A stretch of DNA of 64,000 nucleotides from sequence record OR532817.1, one strand, 5' to 3'. Within the stretch, counting starts at the first letter, position 1. Each line of letters starts with the position of its first letter. The notes beneath the pieces are model-generated. The model was not told where the DNA came from, did not search any database, and saw nothing but the letters and a program-made list of their open reading frames with translations. This document shows, piece after piece, positions 55,350 through 63,881 of the stretch. A program made the position numbers and the translations under genes.

Positions 55350-55785
55350 ATTACAAGGATGTTGGATGCATAGGATGTGCATACACTAAAAACCTGATCC
55401 ACTCGAAACAAGTAGAGGGCAGATGAGTATACCAACAATACGCCGTGTAGAGGATACCCGTTTAGGCGAGTCGACACGTTAAAGGGCAAAGGTAGCACGA
55501 TTGCCTCAATCTCTCTGGAGATTGATAGGACGCGAATCCAGTTAAGTCTGGACATTAAGTGTAAAAGGGAGATTATTTTCTTTTAGATATTTTGGAAATA
55601 ATCACAGTATTGAATTGCTTGAATAGTTCGGTACTGAAGTGCAAGTATGTTTAAACTTGTGACCGTTGCATGTGACTGCGATAAGGGGAAACCGGGCAAC
55701 CCGCCTCTGCCTAATAAATTTAATTTATTAGAATTCGCAATTCAAGGAATTTCGACAGCTACGAGCTTCAAGGCTTAGCTTTTTT
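55350..55785 (+). ncRNA. Candidate large structured non-coding RNA
   Basis: TATAAT at 55337; GC-richer than flanks; no + strand ORF; many stems (see findings); U-tract near 55780. Confidence 0.55.
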
Positions 55786-55794
55786 ATTTCTCTT

Positions 55795-55960
55795 CCCCTC
55801 CCTGTGGGGGGATGAAAATATCTCGTGCAAACGCCTTCAAGTATTGAAATTCACGAAGTGAATTGAAATTACTTGTTCTGTAGTCGAACGACAGTGAGAC
55901 GTGAGAACAAGTAATTTCTGCATGTATCAACGAAGTGCAAACGGAGTTGATACATAGCAC
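55795..55960. repeat. Serial hairpin array
   Basis: AATTCAC-GAA-GTGAATT; AAATTACTTGTTCT...AGAACAAGTAATTT; TGTATCAAC-GAAGTGCAAACGGA-GTTGATACA. Confidence 0.65.
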
Positions 55961-56010
55961 TTTAAAACATTATTGAATTCAATAATTAATATTATTATGG
56001 TTTTAAAGAA

Positions 56011-56622
56011 ATGAATTTAGAAGAACAGAAAAAAATCGCTTCAAGAAAAAAAAAGAAAGGAATTGATATTAAGTACTTGGACAAGGAATTTCAAATAATT
56101 CATAATCCAAATAGTTCTTTTTGTGGTTACAGGATACGAACAGAACAAAATACTTTATCGAATATAAGTGAGTATGAAAATGGTACTGAAATAGGAATTA
56201 TTAACTTCAGACCAACTCAAACACCAACAATACTCGGAGCTAGATATAAACAATATTTTGAAGAGAGATATGCCAATGGAAACATTTATCTTCATTATAC
56301 ATTTTATAAAAGCGTACTAATTGGTGAATACAAGAAATATGATTCAGATGGGAATTTAACACTAAGAGAATTCTATGATGGAAATGGTGTTTGTACTGAA
56401 GAAATAAAAGAATTCATTGGTTTTAATGGAACAAATGAAGAATTTATTCATTACGAATTTAAAGAAGATGAAGAATTTAATATATTAATGCGATATGGTT
56501 CTCACTTCAAATTAATAAAAGAAATAAAGTTTAAAACAGAATATTTTAATTACGTATATGAAAATTGCCTCAAACGTGGCTATATACGCAATGATTTAAA
56601 TAAAAAGAAATACAAACACTGA
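56011..56622 (+). CDS. MORN-variant/YwqK-like repeat protein
   Basis: YANGNIYLHYTFYKSVLIGEYKKYDSDGNL..REFY.GNG. Confidence 0.6.
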   Translation: MNLEEQKKIASRKKKKGIDIKYLDKEFQIIHNPNSSFCGYRIRTEQNTLSNISEYENGTEIGIINFRPTQTPTILGARYKQYFEERYANGNIYLHYTFYKSVLIGEYKKYDSDGNLTLREFYDGNGVCTEEIKEFIGFNGTNEEFIHYEFKEDEEFNILMRYGSHFKLIKEIKFKTEYFNYVYENCLKRGYIRNDLNKKKYKH

Positions 56623-56645
56623 GTTCAAATAAGGAAAACGATTTC

Positions 56646-57164
56646 ATGGAAAAGAAGAAAAATAAACACGCGGTGCATTTCAGTACAAGAAAAAATGATC
56701 TATGGACAACACCAAAACCATTGTTTGATAAACTAAATGCTTTGTGGAATTTTACAGTAGATGTTGCTTGCAGTCATGAAACAGCTTTGTGTCTTAAACA
56801 CTACACACCAGAAGATGATGGTTTATCACAGGACTGGAGTAACGAAACATTTTGGTTAAATCCACCTTATAGTGATTTATCTCCTTGGTTATCAAAAAGC
56901 GTTGAAGACTATAACAGAGGTGCTACTGGTTTGATTTTGGTTCCAGCAAGAACTGATACCAGAGCTTTTCAGAATTTTGCTTCTCCTTTTTGTGATGCTA
57001 TGTGTTTTATAAAAGGAAGGCTTAAATTTGGTAATCCACTAAAACCGAATGATAAACTATCATCAGCACCATTCCCTTCTTGCATTATAGTACTGGATAA
57101 GAATCTAACACAAGCGAAAATAGATTGCCTAAAATCTTTAGGAAACACTATGGTTAACATATGA
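56646..57164 (+). CDS. dam: Phage DNA N6-adenine methyltransferase
   Basis: W.TP..LF, FTVDVA, WLNPPYS, LVPARTDT motifs of the phage Dam family. Confidence 0.9.
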   Translation: MEKKKNKHAVHFSTRKNDLWTTPKPLFDKLNALWNFTVDVACSHETALCLKHYTPEDDGLSQDWSNETFWLNPPYSDLSPWLSKSVEDYNRGATGLILVPARTDTRAFQNFASPFCDAMCFIKGRLKFGNPLKPNDKLSSAPFPSCIIVLDKNLTQAKIDCLKSLGNTMVNI

Positions 57165-57715
57165 ATAAATGTATAATTACTTTTGGTAGAATAAATCCAA
57201 TTCATTTAGGTCATGGGATTTTATTCAATAAAGTACAAGATATTAGTACTGAATTAAATGCAGATTTTCGAATTTATCTCAGTACTACACAAGATCCAAA
57301 GAAAAATCCACTTCCACCTAATCTAAAACAATATTACACTTCAAATTTTTATCCAAACATTAAAGATGTATTGAGTACTGAAAGTAATGTAACTAATATT
57401 ATGCAAGATTTGGATTCTCAGTACAGTGATATTATTTTTGTTTGTGGATCAGATCGAATAAATTCCTTTAAAAAAGCACTTGACAGTGCCAATGGAAAAT
57501 TATATAATTTCGATTCAATACAAGTAATTCAGGCTGGGATTGAAAGAGAATGTAGCAAATATAGTAGTACTGTAATGCGTTCGTATGCACTTGATGGTGA
57601 TTACAACTCATTTAGTACCTTTTTACCTGGAAAAGATGTTTATTTAAAAGAACAGCTATTTGAAGACGTACAGAGATACATGAGAGATGGGTATAATGGT
57701 AGCAAAAGGAAGTAA
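57161..57715 (+). CDS. HIGH-motif nucleotidyltransferase (cytidylyltransferase-like)
   Basis: TFGRINPIHLGH, KNPL, VCGSDR, SST.MR motifs. Confidence 0.8.
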   Translation: MNKCIITFGRINPIHLGHGILFNKVQDISTELNADFRIYLSTTQDPKKNPLPPNLKQYYTSNFYPNIKDVLSTESNVTNIMQDLDSQYSDIIFVCGSDRINSFKKALDSANGKLYNFDSIQVIQAGIERECSKYSSTVMRSYALDGDYNSFSTFLPGKDVYLKEQLFEDVQRYMRDGYNGSKRK

Positions 57716-58364
57716 AAAAGGAGATCTGGTGTATGGAATAGGTATTAATGACGTATATGGTGATTGTATAAGAACTAGTGAATTTATAATTGTTTATAGT
57801 GCATGGAAAGGTATGTTACAAAGATGCTATTCTCCTATATGGTTAGAAAAACATCCTAGTTATATTGGGACTAAAGTATGTGATGAATGGAAATATTATT
57901 CCAATTACAAGAGTTGGCATTTAAACAATTACATTGAAGGATATGAATTGGATAAAGATATTATTGATGGAAAATCTAAAATTTATTCACCATATACATG
58001 CTCGTTCGTACCTCCATTAATTAATACATGTATATTGGATGGTGGTAATACTAGCTATTCTTCTCCATATCCACTGGGTGTTTCTTATCATAAGAAAGCG
58101 AAACAAATGAAAAATGAACGTTCACGCCCATATGAAACTAATATAACTCTTTATGGTAAAAGAAAAAACTTAGGTTCATTTAAAACACCAGAAGAAGCAC
58201 ATAAAGCATGGCAATTTACAAAACGTGATTATTTATTGGAATTGATTAATAAGTACTGTAATGATGTAGTACCAGAAGTAATTCAAGGGCTTCAACGACG
58301 TGTTGATATTCTCAATTATGATATTAAAAATAGCAGAGAAACCAAATCGCTGAGTAAAGTATAA
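57696..58364 (+). CDS. HNH-type homing endonuclease with AP2-like C-terminus (putative)
   Basis: VYGIGIND, W..ML.RCY, VCDEW, LDKDII...KIYSP.TC.FVP..IN, GVSYHK, LGSFKTPEEAH.AW. Confidence 0.7.
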   Translation: MVAKGSKKGDLVYGIGINDVYGDCIRTSEFIIVYSAWKGMLQRCYSPIWLEKHPSYIGTKVCDEWKYYSNYKSWHLNNYIEGYELDKDIIDGKSKIYSPYTCSFVPPLINTCILDGGNTSYSSPYPLGVSYHKKAKQMKNERSRPYETNITLYGKRKNLGSFKTPEEAHKAWQFTKRDYLLELINKYCNDVVPEVIQGLQRRVDILNYDIKNSRETKSLSKV

Positions 58365-58417
58365 AAATATTAATACATGATTATTTAATGTATTAATATT
58401 TTTTTAGAGGGTATAAA

Positions 58418-58708
58418 ATGGTATTATTCAACATAGCAGCATTACATTGGGATAATAATGAAAAAACTGGATTTCGTCAAATCTCTGTTACTTATGAAGG
58501 TAAACAAATCATAAGTATTATCTCTAATAAAACCCTTGGGATATGGGGTTCTCGAATAGTACCTCTTGGATTCAGTTATAATAAAGATGAAGTACAAATG
58601 TTAAGTACTTTATATAAGAATATAGAGTGTATTATGAATTTTCTTGAACAAGATATAGTACTTAATCAGGATGTAGTACTTGACTTTTTGGAAAATATTA
58701 ATGTATGA
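58418..58708 (+). CDS. Hypothetical protein
   Basis: RBS GAGG. Confidence 0.75.
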   Translation: MVLFNIAALHWDNNEKTGFRQISVTYEGKQIISIISNKTLGIWGSRIVPLGFSYNKDEVQMLSTLYKNIECIMNFLEQDIVLNQDVVLDFLENINV

Positions 58709-58949
58709 TATAACTTTTGTCTTTCAAGAAGCATGGCTATCAGGCATTTATGATTTAGAAGTACTCGATGGTATTAAAATGTGGATTATAAAGAGTTCGA
58801 TCCCTTTTAGTACAGTAACAAAAAGCAAATTAAAATACGCAAGTGATGAATATTTAGATTGTACAATAAAAACAAAAAACATTAACTATAACGGAAAAAT
58901 AATTTTTCTTGGTAATGAACATTTGTTTTATATTTTTAAAGAGGAATAA
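58680..58949 (+). CDS. Hypothetical protein
   Basis: Coupled ORF; start uncertain. Confidence 0.6.
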   Translation: MTFWKILMYDITFVFQEAWLSGIYDLEVLDGIKMWIIKSSIPFSTVTKSKLKYASDEYLDCTIKTKNINYNGKIIFLGNEHLFYIFKEE

Positions 58950-58951
58950 AA

Positions 58952-59557
58952 ATGAATACTAATAGTAATACTTATTTTCGTTATCTACGTCTGGGTCTAT
59001 CTCTTCGTCCAGTACGTGGTTATTGTGATGATCTTGAAGATTTCGAATACGCGTGGGCAGTTCATTGTGAAAATGTACAATACGTACTTAATGATTTTGG
59101 TGAATTTGAAAAAGATAATGATTCAACTTCAATGATGAATGCGATTGACAATCTTGATTGTATTGCTAATTCAGATCGTCATGAAACAGTACTTGCAGTA
59201 CAGAAATATATTGAAAGTAATCTGAGCAAGCCAGTTTGGTGCATGGTAAGCACCGAAGAACAACTTGGAATTACTTTTGGTACTGAAGATGGTTATGTTG
59301 CACAATTGATTATGGATTTCAGTACTGAAGAAAAATTCATTTCTTATCGTGATAAAATTTATCAAGCACTATTACGCAGTGGTATCAGTGAAGATCAAGT
59401 ACCAGAAATTGCACCAATGAAAGATTTCTTCCTTATCCCAAGTGATGAAAAATATGATGCAATGTTTTATAAAATGAATGTACCAGGTGTTATTGTTGAA
59501 CATTTTGATGATGATAATACTGAGTGGTTGGACTTGGGTGATGACGAAGACGATTGA
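58952..59557 (+). CDS. Acidic hypothetical protein
   Basis: RBS GAGGA; D/E-rich. Confidence 0.85.
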   Translation: MNTNSNTYFRYLRLGLSLRPVRGYCDDLEDFEYAWAVHCENVQYVLNDFGEFEKDNDSTSMMNAIDNLDCIANSDRHETVLAVQKYIESNLSKPVWCMVSTEEQLGITFGTEDGYVAQLIMDFSTEEKFISYRDKIYQALLRSGISEDQVPEIAPMKDFFLIPSDEKYDAMFYKMNVPGVIVEHFDDDNTEWLDLGDDEDD

Positions 59558-59643
59558 TGATTTTTATTGCTTTATAGAAAATACAACTGCACTATTAGAG
59601 TATTTTGACAATACTCCTTATCATAAAATAATAGTGCAGGTTT

Positions 59644-59970
59644 ATGATGATCTTTTTTATGAATATGGTAACTATTTTGATTGGTTCGCACATCTTAGTA
59701 CATAACTTTTTATTACTTCTTAATAACAAAATACAAATTAACTATATTTTCAGAGATGATCCTTTATATAAAAATGAAATCTCTGATATATACAAGAATA
59801 TGACAACTGAAATCTATCATTATTACATGAATAAAAAATTCAAGTGCTATTATATCAAAGCAATTGTAAAACCAGCAAGGTTATATATATGCACTAAAAA
59901 TGATATGGTTAGTAAAGTTATAGATATCAAAGATTTAAAAGATGAGGTTCTTAGGGATGAATGGTACTGA
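59644..59970 (+). CDS. Hypothetical protein
   Basis: ORF in the coupled run; start uncertain. Confidence 0.5.
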   Translation: MMIFFMNMVTILIGSHILVHNFLLLLNNKIQINYIFRDDPLYKNEISDIYKNMTTEIYHYYMNKKFKCYYIKAIVKPARLYICTKNDMVSKVIDIKDLKDEVLRDEWY

Positions 59971-60256
59971 ATGTGTGAAAAAGAAAATAGAATTTATACA
60001 AATGACATGTAAGGCAATTTTCAATTTAGCACACAATACCAATATGCCAACCTTGTTCAAAGAAGAATTATTATTAAGTACTGAGATTATTTTTGAAGAA
60101 TATTTCAGTACTAAATTGTATTTAAAATATGGTAACTTTTACAAAATTCACGGCTTTACTATATGTAGTTCAAATGGAAGTGTCCATATTACAACTTCAT
60201 ACGGCTATTTCGAATTAACAGAAAGTACTGTGAAAAATATATATGAATATCCATAA
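59942..60256 (+). CDS. Family C-like protein
   Basis: EEYFSTKLYLKYG; start uncertain. Confidence 0.65.
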   Translation: MRFLGMNGTECVKKKIEFIQMTCKAIFNLAHNTNMPTLFKEELLLSTEIIFEEYFSTKLYLKYGNFYKIHGFTICSSNGSVHITTSYGYFELTESTVKNIYEYP

Positions 60257-60273
60257 AAAATGAGAGTAAATTA

Positions 60274-60474
60274 ATGAAAAAATGTTCGTGTTGTGGATCT
60301 ACTCAAATTGCACGTTTTCGATTAGATTCTGATTGGGCTGTTGGTTGTGGTGATTTCTACCCAGTTAATGATGATTCAGAATATACTGAAGAACAACTGA
60401 AAGATTTTGATAATAGTTGGAGACCAGATTTTGAGTTTCTATATTGTTTGAATTGTAATTCGGTACAGGAATGA
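60274..60474 (+). CDS. Zn-ribbon-like small protein
   Basis: CSCC and CLNC. Confidence 0.7.
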   Translation: MKKCSCCGSTQIARFRLDSDWAVGCGDFYPVNDDSEYTEEQLKDFDNSWRPDFEFLYCLNCNSVQE

Positions 60475-60740
60475 TTAAACCACATTATCATTGTATTCAC
60501 TACTTAGGAACGACTATTTGTAATGAATTTACGAAAAATAAACATCATCAATTCAGTACTGTAATACGTGATATATTGTTATACATTGAAAAAGAATTAA
60601 CATTATTTTATAAAAATACCGTATATACTTATTGTAATAAAAAGTACAAAATACTCAATTTATCATTTGATGATAGAGGATTTTTATATGTAATGAGTAC
60701 TGAATATTATACTCATTTGGTTCTGCATACGGATTTATAA
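60471..60740 (+). CDS. Family C protein
   Basis: IEKELTLFYKN. Confidence 0.7.
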   Translation: MIKPHYHCIHYLGTTICNEFTKNKHHQFSTVIRDILLYIEKELTLFYKNTVYTYCNKKYKILNLSFDDRGFLYVMSTEYYTHLVLHTDL

Positions 60741-61009
60741 TGAACAAACAATTATTATACTGTAAAGTGGTTTATTACTTGACTAATTCAGTACTGAATA
60801 TGAATAACACACATTTTAACTATTCACTATGTATTAGAAGTATTTTAGATAACATAGAAGATGAACTAAATGTGTTATATACTGGAAAAACATTCACAAA
60901 AAACAATATCCGACACAAATGTAATGGTATTGTTATAACATATGGGCGTATATTTGCTTTATACGGTATACGTTACACTTGCTATTTTCATAGGGCTAAA
61001 TTTAAATGA
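60740..61009 (+). CDS. Family C protein
   Basis: IEDELNVLYTG. Confidence 0.7.
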   Translation: MNKQLLYCKVVYYLTNSVLNMNNTHFNYSLCIRSILDNIEDELNVLYTGKTFTKNNIRHKCNGIVITYGRIFALYGIRYTCYFHRAKFK

Positions 61010-61623
61010 AAACAGATTATTCAAAACTAAGAACAAAACTTTATGGAATTATAGAGGGGCTATCTCTAATCGATCCAAAGTACTATGAATTGCGTCGTTT
61101 ACTTGCATTCGCCGAACAATATCATTGTAATACACGAAAAGATGGTTCTGAAGAATTCTCTCATCAATTACAAATGCTTGGATTGGCTCTTACGCTTCAT
61201 GAATCGATGTGTAAGCCGTTTGAAGTATACATGGCAATTGTATCTCATGATTTAATCGAAGACTATCCAGAAGCTTCTGAAACGCTTGAGATGTTATTCC
61301 CTGATGTAATCCAATATAGTCGCAAACTGGCTAAATTTAAAGATTCAAATACTGATGAAGATTCGTACTATGGATACTTTAATCAGCTTGCTAATTGTCA
61401 AGTATGTTCAATTGTAAAACTCGTAGATAGAGTGCACAATTTGAGTACCGCACCTGGTGTATTCAGTACTGAAAAAATTATAAGTTATTGTGATGAAACT
61501 GATAAGTATTTCTTTGATATGATAAAAAAATCCAAAGTTATGTTCAATCAACGTTCAGTATATGAAGTTCTAAAATTCATGTTGAATACCGAAGTCAGTA
61601 CTATCAGGAATTTATTAAAATGA
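61006..61623 (+). CDS. HD-domain (p)ppGpp hydrolase-like protein (SpoT/Mesh1-type)
   Basis: A..YH....RKDG..F.H, HDLIED, VKLVDRVHNL. Confidence 0.8.
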   Translation: MKTDYSKLRTKLYGIIEGLSLIDPKYYELRRLLAFAEQYHCNTRKDGSEEFSHQLQMLGLALTLHESMCKPFEVYMAIVSHDLIEDYPEASETLEMLFPDVIQYSRKLAKFKDSNTDEDSYYGYFNQLANCQVCSIVKLVDRVHNLSTAPGVFSTEKIISYCDETDKYFFDMIKKSKVMFNQRSVYEVLKFMLNTEVSTIRNLLK

Positions 61624-61826
61624 AAATAGTTTTAGAATTTGCATTTATTATTTTTGGTTTCATTTGGTTCACTGCTATTTCAATTTTTGCTGGATATCTC
61701 ATTATTAAACCGGATATGTTGATTTTCTACTGGATTTTGACTTTAATTGCATTCATCAGTGTTGTCTATTTGTCTTATAAACTGGTATATCTATATGCAG
61801 ATGAAATCAAAAAATATAACACTTAG
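61620..61826 (+). CDS. Two-TM membrane protein
   Basis: Two hydrophobic segments. Confidence 0.7.
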   Translation: MKIVLEFAFIIFGFIWFTAISIFAGYLIIKPDMLIFYWILTLIAFISVVYLSYKLVYLYADEIKKYNT

Positions 61827-61933
61827 TTGGTTTTATGTTGAAAAGATTTAAAATCGATATTGAATAAACATTTCTCCTTGTGATATAATACTATATGTAA
61901 AAGGATTTTACATAAGCACAAGGAGAGTCAAAG

Positions 61934-62662
61934 ATGATAGATAATTTAGCATTTGCATCCGAAATGGCTAATCAGTTGAACATGAGTAATTTTCAGAGTC
62001 TTACACCAGTGATGGCGGAATATGCTGTTGCTCATGCCACCTGTGGTGAACAAGTTGGATCAGCAAATTTATTAGCTGATGTATTCAGTACTGTACAAAG
62101 TACCCAATACAGTGTTAAAATGTATAGGGATAAGTTTGTACAGTTGTATATGCTTGATGTAATAAAAGAAGAACCAGAATGGACTGATTTTATTATTGAA
62201 CGTAGGATTAGTGGTGTTTCTAATCCAGATAAAGATGCAGTACAAGTATTTGATGAAATACTTCAAGATGTATATAGTAATGAACAAAAAAGTCTAAATC
62301 AATACAATGTACGTTCTACCAAGACAGTGCTCGTGGGATTTGATGAAGATGAAGAATATTACTATTTTCGTTGTACTGAAGTAGATTTTAAATACGAAAC
62401 TCCCAGTACAGTTAAAGTTAAAGAATTTACTGAAAAGAGTAAAAACTTCAAAAAACATTCTTCTAATATTAGTAATATAGTTGGTTATAATAAAGATGGT
62501 ATTGACATATATCAATGGGTACACCCAAATAACTCAACTTATACCAGATGTTTAAAGAAACGTTATAATTTAAAACAAGAAGAATCATTTTATTTTAAGA
62601 TAAAGAAGCATTCCTATCAACGACCTGATGAATCAGTGTTACTTGGTATGATTTACTTCTGA
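61934..62662 (+). CDS. Hypothetical protein
   Basis: TG-TATAAT promoter at about 61880, RBS AAGGAG. Confidence 0.85.
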   Translation: MIDNLAFASEMANQLNMSNFQSLTPVMAEYAVAHATCGEQVGSANLLADVFSTVQSTQYSVKMYRDKFVQLYMLDVIKEEPEWTDFIIERRISGVSNPDKDAVQVFDEILQDVYSNEQKSLNQYNVRSTKTVLVGFDEDEEYYYFRCTEVDFKYETPSTVKVKEFTEKSKNFKKHSSNISNIVGYNKDGIDIYQWVHPNNSTYTRCLKKRYNLKQEESFYFKIKKHSYQRPDESVLLGMIYF

Positions 62663-62715
62663 TTTTAGTCGTCCAGTACAATATAAGTACTGGACATTTT
62701 TTTAAGGTAAAAAAA

Positions 62716-62994
62716 ATGAATATATTACAAAAAGTTAATCTATTTGGAAAAGCGTATACAAATGCTTTTTATGGTATTGATAAACGTTATGAATATGCTA
62801 ATTTTTTAAATAGAGAAATTGAATTTAGTGGAATGAATAGGTTATTGTCTGGTAAACGTGTAACTATTGTTTTTAATGGTTATCAGGGATATATTAATCA
62901 AATTCGTCATCTAGATGAGAAAATTTTTGCATACGTTTATACTAATAATGGAAATTTATTGATTAATTTATCTTTTTTGGAATTGATTGAATGA
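62716..62994 (+). CDS. Hypothetical protein (Family C-like)
   Basis: RBS AAGG. Confidence 0.7.
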   Translation: MNILQKVNLFGKAYTNAFYGIDKRYEYANFLNREIEFSGMNRLLSGKRVTIVFNGYQGYINQIRHLDEKIFAYVYTNNGNLLINLSFLELIE

Positions 62995-63275
62995 AATTAA
63001 TAGACCAAGTTATTCTTTATAAGAAAGTATTTGATTATATGGAAGATTTTCTTGATGGTACACATTATGAATGTTGCATTTATGTTACATGGAAAAAGAA
63101 TGTAATGGAAATAGAAAAAGCTACCATTTCTAAAATAGTGCGTATAAAAAGCCTTGATACTATTGGTACTATTATTGAACTTAATATAGGAAGATATTTT
63201 GCATTTTTTGGTGTAAAAGTACCTGAAAACGATTTTGCTCTTATAATTTCATTAGATGATATTGAGTTTCTTTGA
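62991..63275 (+). CDS. Hypothetical protein
   Basis: ATGA coupling. Confidence 0.7.
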   Translation: MKLIDQVILYKKVFDYMEDFLDGTHYECCIYVTWKKNVMEIEKATISKIVRIKSLDTIGTIIELNIGRYFAFFGVKVPENDFALIISLDDIEFL

Positions 63276-63304
63276 GTTTTATCTATTTGGTAATATAAAA
63301 TATT

Positions 63305-63616
63305 ATGGATAAATTACACAAAGCAGTATTATTTTTAAAAGCATATAGCTATGAGTACTTACAAAGTCATGGAAAATGGAATGGTAGTTATAAGGATTTA
63401 TATTCATCTGTTTTTCTTAATGAAGTAAATCTTGTGATATCAGAAGTACAAAAATTATATGAAAGAAAACTTGTGCATACGAGATTTGGTATTGGAATTA
63501 TTATTAGTATATTTTGCTTCACATACGGTTCCTTTTTAGTCGCAATAGAAACAATAGTAGAAGGCAAACCACAAACAATAGTATTAAAATTAAGTGAGAT
63601 ATATCTGGATGAATGA
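63305..63616 (+). CDS. Hypothetical protein (Family C-like)
   Basis: EVQKLYERK. Confidence 0.7.
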   Translation: MDKLHKAVLFLKAYSYEYLQSHGKWNGSYKDLYSSVFLNEVNLVISEVQKLYERKLVHTRFGIGIIISIFCFTYGSFLVAIETIVEGKPQTIVLKLSEIYLDE

Positions 63617-63881
63617 ACATTTTAATAGAATACAATTAATCACCCAACTTCTACAAATGGTTGATGACACATTTGATGAATTAAAAAATAATCTTATGAA
63701 TAAGAAAATCAAATGTAAGGTATATATGAATGATGGTGATTATTTCGATATGCGTGAAGTTGAAGTAACTGGAATTGTTACTAATATTACTTTGTATGAA
63801 TATGATCTAACTATTACAGTGAAAATCGACGAAGGTCGTGAATATTACGTTTGTAATCAACATATTGAGGTGGTTGAATGA
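63594..63881 (+). CDS. Hypothetical protein
   Basis: Coupled ORF. Confidence 0.7.
   Translation: MRYIWMNEHFNRIQLITQLLQMVDDTFDELKNNLMNKKIKCKVYMNDGDYFDMREVEVTGIVTNITLYEYDLTITVKIDEGREYYVCNQHIEVVE

Noticed and set aside
55350-55785. tmRNA, RNase P RNA or self-splicing intron
   Set aside because: No tRNA-like GGGG...CCA ends, no GAGGAAAGUCC P4 motif, no group II domain V or group I P7 motif, and no interrupted flanking gene.
1366-59365. Minus-strand ORFs in the track (e.g. 5538-6029, 5675-6001, 11005-11379, 12518-12886, 15558-15944, 18306-18647)
   Set aside because: They are antisense shadows of + strand genes that have promoters and RBSs; they lack RBSs and have atypical composition.
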